A DNA stretch of 32,000 bases from Opitutia bacterium KCR 482 (GCA_029269845.2 CP149973.1:1890001-1922000), one strand, 5' to 3'. Shown: positions 8,768-17,423, numbered from the stretch's first letter. Program-made: numbers and translations. The notes: a model not told the origin generated them from the letters alone.

Positions 8768-9232
8768 TTATTCTTGTTGTTCGGGTTTATCTTCGGGGCA
8801 ATCGGCAGTACCACTGCCTTTGCTGTATTTTATATAAGATTTTGAAACATTTGTTGTTGCCCAATATGGTGGTTTGTTTACCCCATTAGATTTCTTACAG
8901 GTATATTTTACACAATCACAACTTCCATTCGATACCTTATTTGCCGTTCTTCTTTTTGTAATTGGAGTTGTTTTCATATTGCTATAAGTTGCACATTCCG
9001 TATAATTATTACCAGCGTGACTATTTATTATGCATGGAGGTTTTGGGAGGTTGTTATTGTTAAAACTACTACAATGTGCATCACCAGTTGATGCCGGATC
9101 TGTTCCGCAATTTGTTAAGGCACCTCCGAAAAGATTTTCTCTGTCTATATTAGTGGAATGGATTCCATAACATAGTAATACACAACCAACAAACATCATT
9201 CCTGTTAGAATTGACAATGGTATTTTTTTCAT
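8768..9232 (-). CDS. Small Cys-rich secreted protein / putative lipoprotein (154 aa, 8 Cys in the mature part)
   Basis: MKKIPLSILTGMMFVGC is a signal with a lipobox-like VGC. Cys occur at 42, 54, 67, 80, 105, 107, 112 and 145. A Gly-Gly lies at 36-37 (ENLFGG/ALTNCG). Confidence 0.6.
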   Translation of the reverse strand: MKKIPLSILTGMMFVGCVLLCYGIHSTNIDRENLFGGALTNCGTDPASTGDAHCSSFNNNNLPKPPCIINSHAGNNYTECATYSNMKTTPITKRRTANKVSNGSCDCVKYTCKKSNGVNKPPYWATTNVSKSYIKYSKGSGTADCPEDKPEQQE

Positions 9233-9242
9233 ATTTAGCCTT

Positions 9243-10601
9243 TCATTTTATTATAGTTAGATTTTCATTGAATATTCTTGTTGTCGATTTTCCGTTTTTT
9301 ACTAAAGTGGCTTCAATTTCGCCGTTTTTTAAATATTTGAAAGTAGTCTTACTGCCGTCGGATTTTTCGTAGGAAGTTACCCTGTTTTGTTCGTCAAAAA
9401 CTCTCTTCCAGATGGGGTTCCAGTCACCGTCGTAATAGGTAATACTGTGTTCATTGTCGTTGCGTTTTACATTGAAAAGAATTTTGCCGTCCTTTATTTG
9501 GCGAATGATTCTACCTTTGTCATCGTACAAAAATAATTGTTCCTCTATCCTTCCGTCAGGATATTTTGTCTCTATTTTGCGCGGCTTGCCGTAGCAATTT
9601 GCGCTCATATTCTCGTAAATTTTTACAATATCTCCACCGTTTCTTTGGTTTACGGAAACGCCTTTGTCATTCCTATAAAAAATGTCTTCTTTCTTGTTGA
9701 AACTCGATTTTCGTTTTAGATATTTATACTTATCAATATTGGTTTTATTCGGAATTGTATATTCGTATGAGTCCGCAAGACGATTGTTTTTATAGGATTC
9801 TTCTTTTTTGATTAATCCGTTATTAGCTTCCCAAAAATATTTCTTCGTCTCGTCGTTTTGCGTTATCGATATCTCATTCACTCCGTTATTGGAGAATTTA
9901 TAAGAATATTCTTTAATGCGCTTGGCATTGGGAAAATCTACTTGTTCGGCAAGCAGTTTCCCGTATCCGGATACTTCCGATACTTTAAATCTTATCGTTC
10001 GCTTTTCTTTGGCGAAATCCATATATATTGTCCCGCGCTTGTCATATCTAAACAATACTATGGGTGTTCCCTTTGCATTTATCTGCTTGAGGTTTCCGCC
10101 TTCGTACTTAAAAAACAATGTCGTGCCGTTTGAATATTTTACCTGATCCAAAAAGTTCCTTTTGAAAATAAATATCACGCCACAGCTTCCGGTTACCGAA
10201 AATCCGTTCGGAATTTCCTCTAATATCCAATTCTTACTCTTTGTTTCAAAGAGTTTCTTGTTTTTGTAGCTTCTCTTTAAAATAATATTGTCGTTATCCG
10301 GCATTACAAATTTATACGAATCCCGGGTATCTTTCACGATATATGAATCGGTGAGCCCAAACCACCAACCGTAACCGAATATTTTAGAGGCGGTTTTTCT
10401 ATTGCTGTTAAAATTTAGCGATAAATCTATCTGATTTTCTCCGTCGATGTCAATATATCCAAGCCTCTCGGTAATATCGACTTCGCCCATTGCGTTTATC
10501 CCGTCAAAGGCTATCACATTGGAAGGCGACCAAGAAACACCGCATGCGATAACCCACAAGTGTGAAAAGATGAAAAATGTTGCAAAGTATAATGCTTTCA
10601 T
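9243..10601 (-). CDS. Secreted YD/RHS-repeat-like protein
   Basis: The probable start MKALYFATFFIFSHLWVIACG is at 10601, an ATGA overlap with the rhodanese stop. The C-terminal half has YD-type repeats (LFLYDDKGRIIRQ, ITYYDGDWNPIWKRVFDEQNRVTSYEKSDGSKTTFKY). The track ORF extends to 10703. Confidence 0.55.
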   Translation of the reverse strand: MKALYFATFFIFSHLWVIACGVSWSPSNVIAFDGINAMGEVDITERLGYIDIDGENQIDLSLNFNSNRKTASKIFGYGWWFGLTDSYIVKDTRDSYKFVMPDNDNIILKRSYKNKKLFETKSKNWILEEIPNGFSVTGSCGVIFIFKRNFLDQVKYSNGTTLFFKYEGGNLKQINAKGTPIVLFRYDKRGTIYMDFAKEKRTIRFKVSEVSGYGKLLAEQVDFPNAKRIKEYSYKFSNNGVNEISITQNDETKKYFWEANNGLIKKEESYKNNRLADSYEYTIPNKTNIDKYKYLKRKSSFNKKEDIFYRNDKGVSVNQRNGGDIVKIYENMSANCYGKPRKIETKYPDGRIEEQLFLYDDKGRIIRQIKDGKILFNVKRNDNEHSITYYDGDWNPIWKRVFDEQNRVTSYEKSDGSKTTFKYLKNGEIEATLVKNGKSTTRIFNENLTIIK

Positions 10602-11008
10602 TTTTGCCGCTCCTTCCACTCTTTCCAGCCGCCTTTGTAAATCATGATATTGGCTAATCCAATAATTGACAATTTTCGCCCAAGGTTGGTTGAGTCGTCG
10701 CAATCATAGTCCGTGCAATACACGACTATGCGCTTATATTTTTTCAGATCGCATTCATTATTTATTTTTTTTAATGAAACTTCAAAATCTATTAGCGGAA
10801 GGTTTTTTGCATTTGGGATATGTCCCAATTCGTAAAAAACCGAAGGTCTGGCGTCTATTATTATGGTATCAGATAGAACAATATATTCTTTTAACTCGTC
10901 AAAATCGATTTGACAGAATCCAATACTTAGATTTTCAGAATATGCGTAAGGCGCGCAAGCCAAAAGTATTTGGCTTACAAACGATGAAATTTTCAAATAG
11001 CTTCTCAT
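10598..11008 (-). CDS. Secreted rhodanese-like domain protein with a CX4C active-site loop
   Basis: IIIDARPSVFYELGHIPNAKNLPL, then VVYCTDYDCDDSTNLGRKL, then IYKGGWKEWK give the rhodanese fold order. It has a signal peptide and is the first gene of the minus-strand operon. Confidence 0.75.
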   Translation of the reverse strand: MRSYLKISSFVSQILLACAPYAYSENLSIGFCQIDFDELKEYIVLSDTIIIDARPSVFYELGHIPNAKNLPLIDFEVSLKKINNECDLKKYKRIVVYCTDYDCDDSTNLGRKLSIIGLANIMIYKGGWKEWKERQK

Positions 11009-11101
11009 TTATCGTTTGATATTTTCTTAAAAAAATTTACTTATTTAAAAAAGTCAAGATTTTTCTTGAAATAAAATAATAGATATTTATGGATATAAAC
11101 T
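11009..11101. promoter_or_regulatory. 93-bp AT-rich divergent intergenic region; presumed promoters of the two rhodanese-containing operons
   Basis: It is the only non-coding gap between the divergent gene strings 4106-11008 (-) and 11102-16104 (+). No consensus promoter hexamers were confidently identified. Confidence 0.35.
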
Positions 11102-11920
11102 ATGCTAAAGGAAATGGTGCATTTAATTGTCGCAATCTTTCTTGCGCAAGTTGTTGTATTTGGCGAAAATACATACAATATTTCCAGCTTGCCGGTTCGC
11201 GGATATGAGACTGCGGTTCTTGTACTTGCTCCGGGTATAAATGCGGAAGGAAATTTCTTTTTGGAGGAACAATGCTGGACGGATTTCGCAAAAAAAAATA
11301 ATTTGGGCATGATCGCGCTAAGCTACAAAACCCTCGTAAATGAAACAGATTCCGGGCAGAATGAGTGGTATTATTATCCGAATTCAGGTTCGGGGCAAGC
11401 CCTTTTGGATTCGATACGCAAAGTTTACGGAAAAGATTTGCCGATTATATTATACGGATTTTCTGGTGGGGCGCAATTTGTTAGTCGATTTGTTGATTGG
11501 TGTCCGGACAGAATTATCGCGTGGTGCGCTTATTCGGCGCAATTTTGGGATTATCCCCAAGACGGCAGAAAACTAACAAAAGCTCGTGGAATAGTCGCCT
11601 GCGGCGATCAGGACGGGCTTCGTTGGCAACCTAGTTTCTCTTTTTATTATAAGGGTAGGATGGAAAATCGTCCATGGATTTGGATTTCGGTTCCAAACAC
11701 TGGGCATGTTAGAAATCCAAAATTGGAAGAATTTGTGCGTAGTTTCTTCATTGAAGAGCTGGGAATATGGCACAATAGAATAAATCCTCAGGATGATATT
11801 TTAGCTGATATATCAACAAAAAATATTATATATGACGCTCGGGATTCTAATATAGCGTTAAAATGCCAATTCCGTAATTTTAAGCTTTTAGAGCAATGGA
11901 AGGAGATCCAAAGGCCGTGA
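11102..11920 (+). CDS. Secreted alpha/beta-hydrolase fold esterase (GFSGG nucleophile elbow)
   Basis: Signal-like N-terminus, the GxSxG motif YGFSGGAQFVSRF, and later CGDQDG and TGHV as candidate Asp/His. It is a paralog of the next gene. Confidence 0.6.
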   Translation: MLKEMVHLIVAIFLAQVVVFGENTYNISSLPVRGYETAVLVLAPGINAEGNFFLEEQCWTDFAKKNNLGMIALSYKTLVNETDSGQNEWYYYPNSGSGQALLDSIRKVYGKDLPIILYGFSGGAQFVSRFVDWCPDRIIAWCAYSAQFWDYPQDGRKLTKARGIVACGDQDGLRWQPSFSFYYKGRMENRPWIWISVPNTGHVRNPKLEEFVRSFFIEELGIWHNRINPQDDILADISTKNIIYDARDSNIALKCQFRNFKLLEQWKEIQRP

Positions 11921-12969
11921 AAATATTAAAATTGTTCATCTTGGGGATTTTCATGATAGTAAATTCATACGGGCAGATATCTCTTCAAGAAAAAGACAGA
12001 ATATTTTTGTATTCGTTTTCTACGGATAAAAATACCCAACAAGCAAAAGCTGATCCGTCCAAAAGGAATAAACTCGATGAAATCGTGTACGTTCTAAGAA
12101 TGCCTAAGACTTGGACGCGAGAGAATGAAATGCTCTCGCGTAAAAGCAAAATACCGAGTGTTCGAGGAGTTATTTGTATTTGTACATGGATGAAAACTGC
12201 CGCCGATTTAAAAGATAAAATCGCAACATATGAAAGTAGTTCCTTTAAGCATATTATACAGTTTGCCGACGAAAATAATCTGGCGCTTCTGACTTGGTCT
12301 AATTTTGGAGGGTACGAAATTTCAAGTAGTGTTGACGAAATGAACAAGACTCAAGTTCAGCGTTATAATGCGATTTTTGAAAATCGATTGCTTGAATGGG
12401 AACGAGGCTATAAACGGGTGTTGTTCAAATACAATCTGCCAAAAGATTCGGCGCTTATTTACGGGTTTAGTGGAGGGGGACAAATCGCGCACCGAATAGC
12501 TCTGCGGCGGCCCCAGTATTTCTCGGGGATACATATCCATGTAAACTCGAGTTACGATGTTCCAACTTCAAACGCAAAAAATATGGTTTGGTTGGTAACT
12601 ACGGGCGAGCTTGAATACGGATATAAGGCTGCGACTCGTTTTTATAAAAATATGATTGATATGGGTTATTCTGTGATTTTTAAAGCTGGAGAAAATTTAG
12701 GGCACGCAACAAATGCCCAAATTAACGCTCTATCTTTGGAGTTTTTCAAATATATGATAACATTTATACCAGATCCCACAAACCCGAATTGGAAAACTCC
12801 GCCTGTGGATAAATTTTATTTAATGCGTCATCCGATATATGTAGGGGATTATTTGAATAATGTTGCATATCCGATTGAGAATGCAGTTAAACACGTTTCA
12901 GCCCGTAAATATATGGTCGCTCTTCCTACAAAGTCTATAGCCACTGCTTGGGGAAATATTATAGAATAG
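11917..12969 (+). CDS. Secreted alpha/beta-hydrolase fold esterase, paralog of 11102..11920
   Basis: YGFSGGGQIAHRIA (GxSxG). The likely start is GTG 11917 (VKILKLFILGIFMIVNSYGQ signal peptide), overlapping the upstream TGA as GTGA. The track ORF starts at 11896. Confidence 0.6.
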   Translation: MKILKLFILGIFMIVNSYGQISLQEKDRIFLYSFSTDKNTQQAKADPSKRNKLDEIVYVLRMPKTWTRENEMLSRKSKIPSVRGVICICTWMKTAADLKDKIATYESSSFKHIIQFADENNLALLTWSNFGGYEISSSVDEMNKTQVQRYNAIFENRLLEWERGYKRVLFKYNLPKDSALIYGFSGGGQIAHRIALRRPQYFSGIHIHVNSSYDVPTSNAKNMVWLVTTGELEYGYKAATRFYKNMIDMGYSVIFKAGENLGHATNAQINALSLEFFKYMITFIPDPTNPNWKTPPVDKFYLMRHPIYVGDYLNNVAYPIENAVKHVSARKYMVALPTKSIATAWGNIIE

Positions 12970-13385
12970 AAATTGTGAATATAAAACATATCATATTTGT
13001 CCTATCTGCAAGTGGATTACTTGCTATCGCAAACTTTTGGCTAAATCCGAACGCGCCGGATTTGTCGCTAAACTCGGACGAGATTACGCTTTCGCAAATA
13101 AACCGTCTGCCTAAAAATCTCGTCATCGTCGATGCGCGCAAGTCGCAGGATTTCAAGAAGGGGCATGTCGAAAACGCGGTAAATCTTTCCGAAGAAAAGT
13201 TTGATGCCCAACTCGGAAAATTTCTGGATATTTGGACCCCCGATGCGACGGTTCGCGTATATTGCGATTTCGGACGGTGTAATTCCAGCAGGGCAATTGC
13301 CGACAAACTGCGGCACGAATGCCAAATAGAAAATGTGTTTGTGCTCAAAGACGATTGGACAAAATGGAAAAATACAAACAAATAG
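12948..13385 (+). CDS. Membrane-anchored rhodanese-like domain protein with a CX4C loop
   Basis: VIVDARKSQDFKKGHVENAVNL, then VYCDFGRCNSSRAIADKL, then VLKDDWTKWK. The start is ambiguous between TTG 12948 and GTG 12975 (MNIKHIIFVLSASGLLAIANF anchor). Confidence 0.7.
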   Translation: MGKYYRIEIVNIKHIIFVLSASGLLAIANFWLNPNAPDLSLNSDEITLSQINRLPKNLVIVDARKSQDFKKGHVENAVNLSEEKFDAQLGKFLDIWTPDATVRVYCDFGRCNSSRAIADKLRHECQIENVFVLKDDWTKWKNTNK

Positions 13386-13792
13386 TATTGTGTAGTGCAC
13401 GCGTGATTTTGGCCGGAGTTTTTGCCTACGCCGCCGTTTCGAAAATTCTGCGTCCGGACGAATTCTATATCGCGGTAATGAACTATCAAATTTTGCCGAA
13501 ATATTTGGCGTATGCGGTCGCATATTTCCTGCCGGCGCTGGAGCTTATTTGCGCCGTTGCGCTTTTGTCGAAAGCCGTATTTAAGGCTTCCGCATACATA
13601 ATTTGCCTTATGCTTTCGGCCTTTATAGCTGCGCTACTTTTGTCATGGCTTCGCGGCTTGAACATATCGTGCGGTTGTTTCGGCGGGGAGGATTCGACCG
13701 GCGGATATCTCGGAATAATCGTACGCGATATTGTTTTGCTCGGATTATGCGGCATTATATTCTTGATAAATCCCAATAGAAATTTAAATTAA
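13364..13792 (+). CDS. MauE/DoxX-family redox-associated membrane protein
   Basis: About 4 hydrophobic helices and the family-typical CGCFG motif (NISCGCFGG). ATG 13364 overlaps the 3' end of the rhodanese gene. Confidence 0.7.
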   Translation: MEKYKQIVLCSARVILAGVFAYAAVSKILRPDEFYIAVMNYQILPKYLAYAVAYFLPALELICAVALLSKAVFKASAYIICLMLSAFIAALLLSWLRGLNISCGCFGGEDSTGGYLGIIVRDIVLLGLCGIIFLINPNRNLN

Positions 13793-13795
13793 CCG

Positions 13796-14185
13796 ATGTT
13801 TATGAAAGACAGGCGTCCGATTGTAGTTGCGGTATTGATCCCCCTTGTTTCGGTGTTCATTGCCGGCGGGTTAATATACTCGGTAAAATCAAAATCTTCA
13901 AAAAACGGCGACAGGACAAGTCTGCCCATTGAGGCATACACCGGGTATCCGAAATCGTTTTCCGGAAATGAATATGCGCTTACGGCTTCGGTAGACAGCC
14001 AGCTTGCCTATTCCGAAGGCAGGGGCAGGATAATTTTATTAAAGACATTTTCGAATAATAGCATGCCCCTGTTTGTTCCCGCCGAAGTAAAGGGGTTCAA
14101 TCCGAACGTCGGGCAACGATACGATTTCCGGGTACGCATAGACGGAGACGGAAAATTGGTGATGACAAATTTTAGAAAGCTTTAA
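13796..14185 (+). CDS. Small N-terminally anchored envelope protein, unknown function
   Basis: The 129-aa ORF has the TM segment PIVVAVLIPLVSVFIAGGLIY. It lies 3 nt after the mauE-like stop and 2 nt before the next ORF. Confidence 0.55.
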   Translation: MFMKDRRPIVVAVLIPLVSVFIAGGLIYSVKSKSSKNGDRTSLPIEAYTGYPKSFSGNEYALTASVDSQLAYSEGRGRIILLKTFSNNSMPLFVPAEVKGFNPNVGQRYDFRVRIDGDGKLVMTNFRKL

Positions 14186-14187
14186 TC

Positions 14188-16104
14188 ATGGATAAAATCA
14201 CGGTGTATCTTCTGCTTTTCTCGGCTTCTGTGTCGCTTGCGCAGGAACTTCCAAAGGTTTCGCCTCAAACACCGCCGATAAATTCCGCATCGAACGAAGT
14301 TCAATCTCCGAGCTCCTCTCCCGCCTCTTCCGGAGCGACTCCGCACAATGCGCATTCGCAGGAGACGCAAAGTCCGGGGGCATTGCCGCTGAACCTCGGC
14401 GGACTGACGCAAGTCGACAACAATGCATTGTTGTCCGTTCTCGGCAATCAAAACAACCTTGTCGATATGTCCGGAAAGAAAATCGACGATGTCCAACAGA
14501 AACTTGTTCGTGCACGGTTCGAAAAATATCTCAATTCCCCTCCGTCAACGTCAAGGGAGGACCTGTCCTACAACCAGCTTCTCGTCGACATAAGCCAACG
14601 GTTGGCGGGGAAGGGCGGAGGCAGCGATTCCGAAAGAACGCTCGACGCGTGGCGCTTGCTTTTCAAAGCAGAAGATTATCCGATGGACGACCAGCTTTGT
14701 AGAACGATAGCGGACAAGGTGGTGAATTTCTGGCAGACAACCCGCAAAATCGAGAAATTGGCGATTCAAAACGAGGCGTTGGAAAAGGACAGAGCCAGGA
14801 AGGAGTCGGGAATGCGCAATATTGCAAGCATGGATCGTCAGGAATTCATACAAATGATGCGCGGCAAGGACGCCACGCCGCCGCCGACACGCGACTACGA
14901 ACTTGACCCGATCAAAAAGCGTCTGCAGGAAACCGAGGCGAAACTTCGGGAGAATAAATCCTACGAGGCCGCTTCGCGCGTAAATCAAAAACTGGATTTT
15001 CAAAGTCTGATTGTGCAGTTTTTCCTCCAGCGCAGATATTACCACGCAATGATAGCAAACGATTTTTACCGTTATTTGTTTGCGGCCGAAGACGGGAAAA
15101 TAGAAGGCATAGACTCCTTGAAGGGGCAGGTTTTCGGAGGTGTCGACATAAAACTTACGACCTCGACGATAGATGCGCTTTGCAAAGAGGCGATAAACGA
15201 TACGGACAATGCCGTGAAAGCCGCCGAATACCTGATATCGAGGGGCGAAATACATTCCGCGACGCAACGAATGCTCGAGGCGTTTTTTCTGGGCGAAAAT
15301 CTCGCGTCCGTAAAGACATTCCCGATGGATTCAAAACGCGAAATTATGCGCTACCTTCGCGATACCGACAAGCTCATAAACGCCGTAAAAGTGAAACACG
15401 TCGAGCGCGCGGAGGAGATATTGAAAGAAATACAAAGTTATGTGAAGGACTTTGATTCGGGGCAAATAGAGGCGTTTATCCAGACGTCGAGGCAACTCAG
15501 CGATTTGGCGTTGCAAAAAGCGCTTGTCGCCGCGCAGACGCGAAACCAGCCTGCGGTCGAAACCGCGCTGCAGGACGCCGTCAATTTTTGGCCTACGAAT
15601 CCCAAGATTCAGGAATTTCTGAAAACGATGATAGGAAAGGTCGATTTAAAGGATGTCGCCGTGACCGATTTTGACAGGCTTTATGCCCAAAAGGATTTCC
15701 GCGGAATTTTCAACGACAGATTCCGTTTTGCGGCCGCCTTGGCTACGGATTCCAGTAGAAACAAAACATTTCTCGAAATAATGAAACGCATGGAAATTAT
15801 TGAAACTTCGATCGGGCAGGCGAAGGAACTTTCCCGACTCAAGAACAATTTTGCGGCGTGGGAAATCGTAGAAAAGGCGCATAGACAATTTCCCGAAGAC
15901 AGCGAACTAAACCGCATACGCGCCGACCTTACAATAAGGGTTTCGGCATTCGCGGCCGCGATGGCAAAGGCGGAGGAAGCGCTTGAGTCCGGCGATAAAT
16001 GGACCGCTTTACTCGCATATCTGAAGGCGAAAGACATTTATCCTATGTCCTCGATCGCCGATTCCGAAATTCCCAAATTGGCCAATCAAATTCTCGACAA
16101 ATAA
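14188..16104 (+). CDS. Secreted alpha-helical protein of unknown function (638 aa) with an S/P-rich linker
   Basis: Signal peptide MDKITVYLLLFSASVSLAQE, then a low-complexity S/P/Q stretch, then a long region with helical-type composition. The antisense ORFs are Arg-rich junk. Confidence 0.7.
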   Translation: MDKITVYLLLFSASVSLAQELPKVSPQTPPINSASNEVQSPSSSPASSGATPHNAHSQETQSPGALPLNLGGLTQVDNNALLSVLGNQNNLVDMSGKKIDDVQQKLVRARFEKYLNSPPSTSREDLSYNQLLVDISQRLAGKGGGSDSERTLDAWRLLFKAEDYPMDDQLCRTIADKVVNFWQTTRKIEKLAIQNEALEKDRARKESGMRNIASMDRQEFIQMMRGKDATPPPTRDYELDPIKKRLQETEAKLRENKSYEAASRVNQKLDFQSLIVQFFLQRRYYHAMIANDFYRYLFAAEDGKIEGIDSLKGQVFGGVDIKLTTSTIDALCKEAINDTDNAVKAAEYLISRGEIHSATQRMLEAFFLGENLASVKTFPMDSKREIMRYLRDTDKLINAVKVKHVERAEEILKEIQSYVKDFDSGQIEAFIQTSRQLSDLALQKALVAAQTRNQPAVETALQDAVNFWPTNPKIQEFLKTMIGKVDLKDVAVTDFDRLYAQKDFRGIFNDRFRFAAALATDSSRNKTFLEIMKRMEIIETSIGQAKELSRLKNNFAAWEIVEKAHRQFPEDSELNRIRADLTIRVSAFAAAMAKAEEALESGDKWTALLAYLKAKDIYPMSSIADSEIPKLANQILDK

Positions 16105-16247
16105 TTTTCCTTAGACGAAATCAATACGGCATTGAAAGGTTGCCGAATATAAATCAAGTCGCCGTATGATGTCTAAAATGTTTAAAAAAGTGGGGATCCC
16201 AATACGCTGTAAATATCAACTGATAATTTGACAAGCTCGCTTCTTGT

Positions 16248-16976
16248 ATGACTCTTTTTATTGACGTTGAGAACAAGAAGCTTGTCCAGAGTTTGACTTC
16301 CGACAGGAGCGTGTCCGCGCCCGTATTTATGCAGGGCGACAACGAGCCGCTCGAAATCTTCCTTTTGCAAAAGGGCGGAGAATCGCTCTACGAAGTAAAG
16401 CCGCTTGTTGTCGGCACGGACTTCCTTCGGGTTGCGATTGCGCGTTTCAAAGGCTATCCGAAATCCCTCACCTACGCGGCAGGCTACGCGTTGAATCCGA
16501 ACGGCGGTGCGGAAGTATTGTTGCCTCTAAACACAACGGCAATCGAAAACGCCGTTCAGGAGAGCGAATATATCACCGCATTCTTGGAGGTGGAATATTC
16601 CGACACGGCGGGCAGAATCGTTACGATTTTGCAGACCGCCTGCCGCGTAAAAAACGACCTCATCGAAAACGCGCCCGCCGTCGAACTTCAGGAGCAGTTC
16701 TACGACAAAGTTTACACCGACACCGTGTTCTCGAAAAAATCCGCCAATCTTTCGGATTTGGCGGACAAGTCGGCTTCATGGAAGAACCTCGATGTCTATG
16801 CAAAAGGCGAAGTTTACAACAAATCGCAAATCGACGCGCAGGAGGCAAAGAACCTCAAAAAGGCTTCCAATCTTGCAGACGTTGCCGACAAGTCCGTAGC
16901 CCGCGCAAATCTCGACGTTCCGCAGAAGCGCGACCTGTTCAAATATATGAAGTGCGGAATCTGGTCTGACACCTGA
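16248..16976 (+). CDS. Phage tail-fibre-like protein, probably an N-terminal fragment
   Basis: Two copies of the tail-fibre collar motif: SANLSDLADKSASWKNLDV and ASNLADVADKSVARANLDV (SNLSDL....AR.NLG-type). Too short for a complete fibre. Confidence 0.5.
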   Translation: MTLFIDVENKKLVQSLTSDRSVSAPVFMQGDNEPLEIFLLQKGGESLYEVKPLVVGTDFLRVAIARFKGYPKSLTYAAGYALNPNGGAEVLLPLNTTAIENAVQESEYITAFLEVEYSDTAGRIVTILQTACRVKNDLIENAPAVELQEQFYDKVYTDTVFSKKSANLSDLADKSASWKNLDVYAKGEVYNKSQIDAQEAKNLKKASNLADVADKSVARANLDVPQKRDLFKYMKCGIWSDT

Positions 16977-17423
16977 TTGTCAGTTCCCTCGGAATACGGC
17001 GCAACGCTCGGCGACGACTTCGTGGCTGGAAATTGCTCGACATTCCTTACAATCTACCTGCCCGAACCTACCGCCTATTACACGCAACTCTACGCCGTTT
17101 CATACGCAGATAGCGGAATGTTCACGCCCGAAATTTCCGCAGACGGCAGGACGCTAAAACTCGGCTACATCTATCAGGAAAGCGAAAGCGGCGGAATTGA
17201 AACTGTCGAGAAAACGGCGGCGATTTCAAAGGCGATAGAATACGGCGACAGAATCGCGCTAACCGTCGACGGCAGGAATTTCAAGCTATACAAGGGCATT
17301 GAACTTGTTTCCTCTGGTACGATTTACGGAGGGAGGAAATCCGGCATTCTGAGGCATTGGAAATCTGCCGGAAACGAACCGAAATGCTCGGGAAAAAATG
17401 TTCGAAGTCGGAAGCGGAGTTGA
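16977..17423 (+). CDS. Hypothetical (phage-derived?) protein; the 3' end probably runs into recombinase-remnant DNA
   Basis: TTG start directly after the upstream TGA. The last 30 or so codons are basic junk and overlap the recombinase fragment frame. Confidence 0.35.
   Translation: MSVPSEYGATLGDDFVAGNCSTFLTIYLPEPTAYYTQLYAVSYADSGMFTPEISADGRTLKLGYIYQESESGGIETVEKTAAISKAIEYGDRIALTVDGRNFKLYKGIELVSSGTIYGGRKSGILRHWKSAGNEPKCSGKNVRSRKRS

Noticed and set aside
12959-13523. Minus-strand ORFs of 176 and 151 aa opposite the rhodanese/mauE genes
   Set aside because: The plus-strand frames show clear rhodanese and MauE motifs; the antisense translations do not look like protein.
14551-15267. 238-aa minus-strand ORF, and other ORFs antisense to the 638-aa gene
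   Set aside because: Arg-rich antisense frames. The plus-strand ORF has a signal peptide and tight operon spacing.
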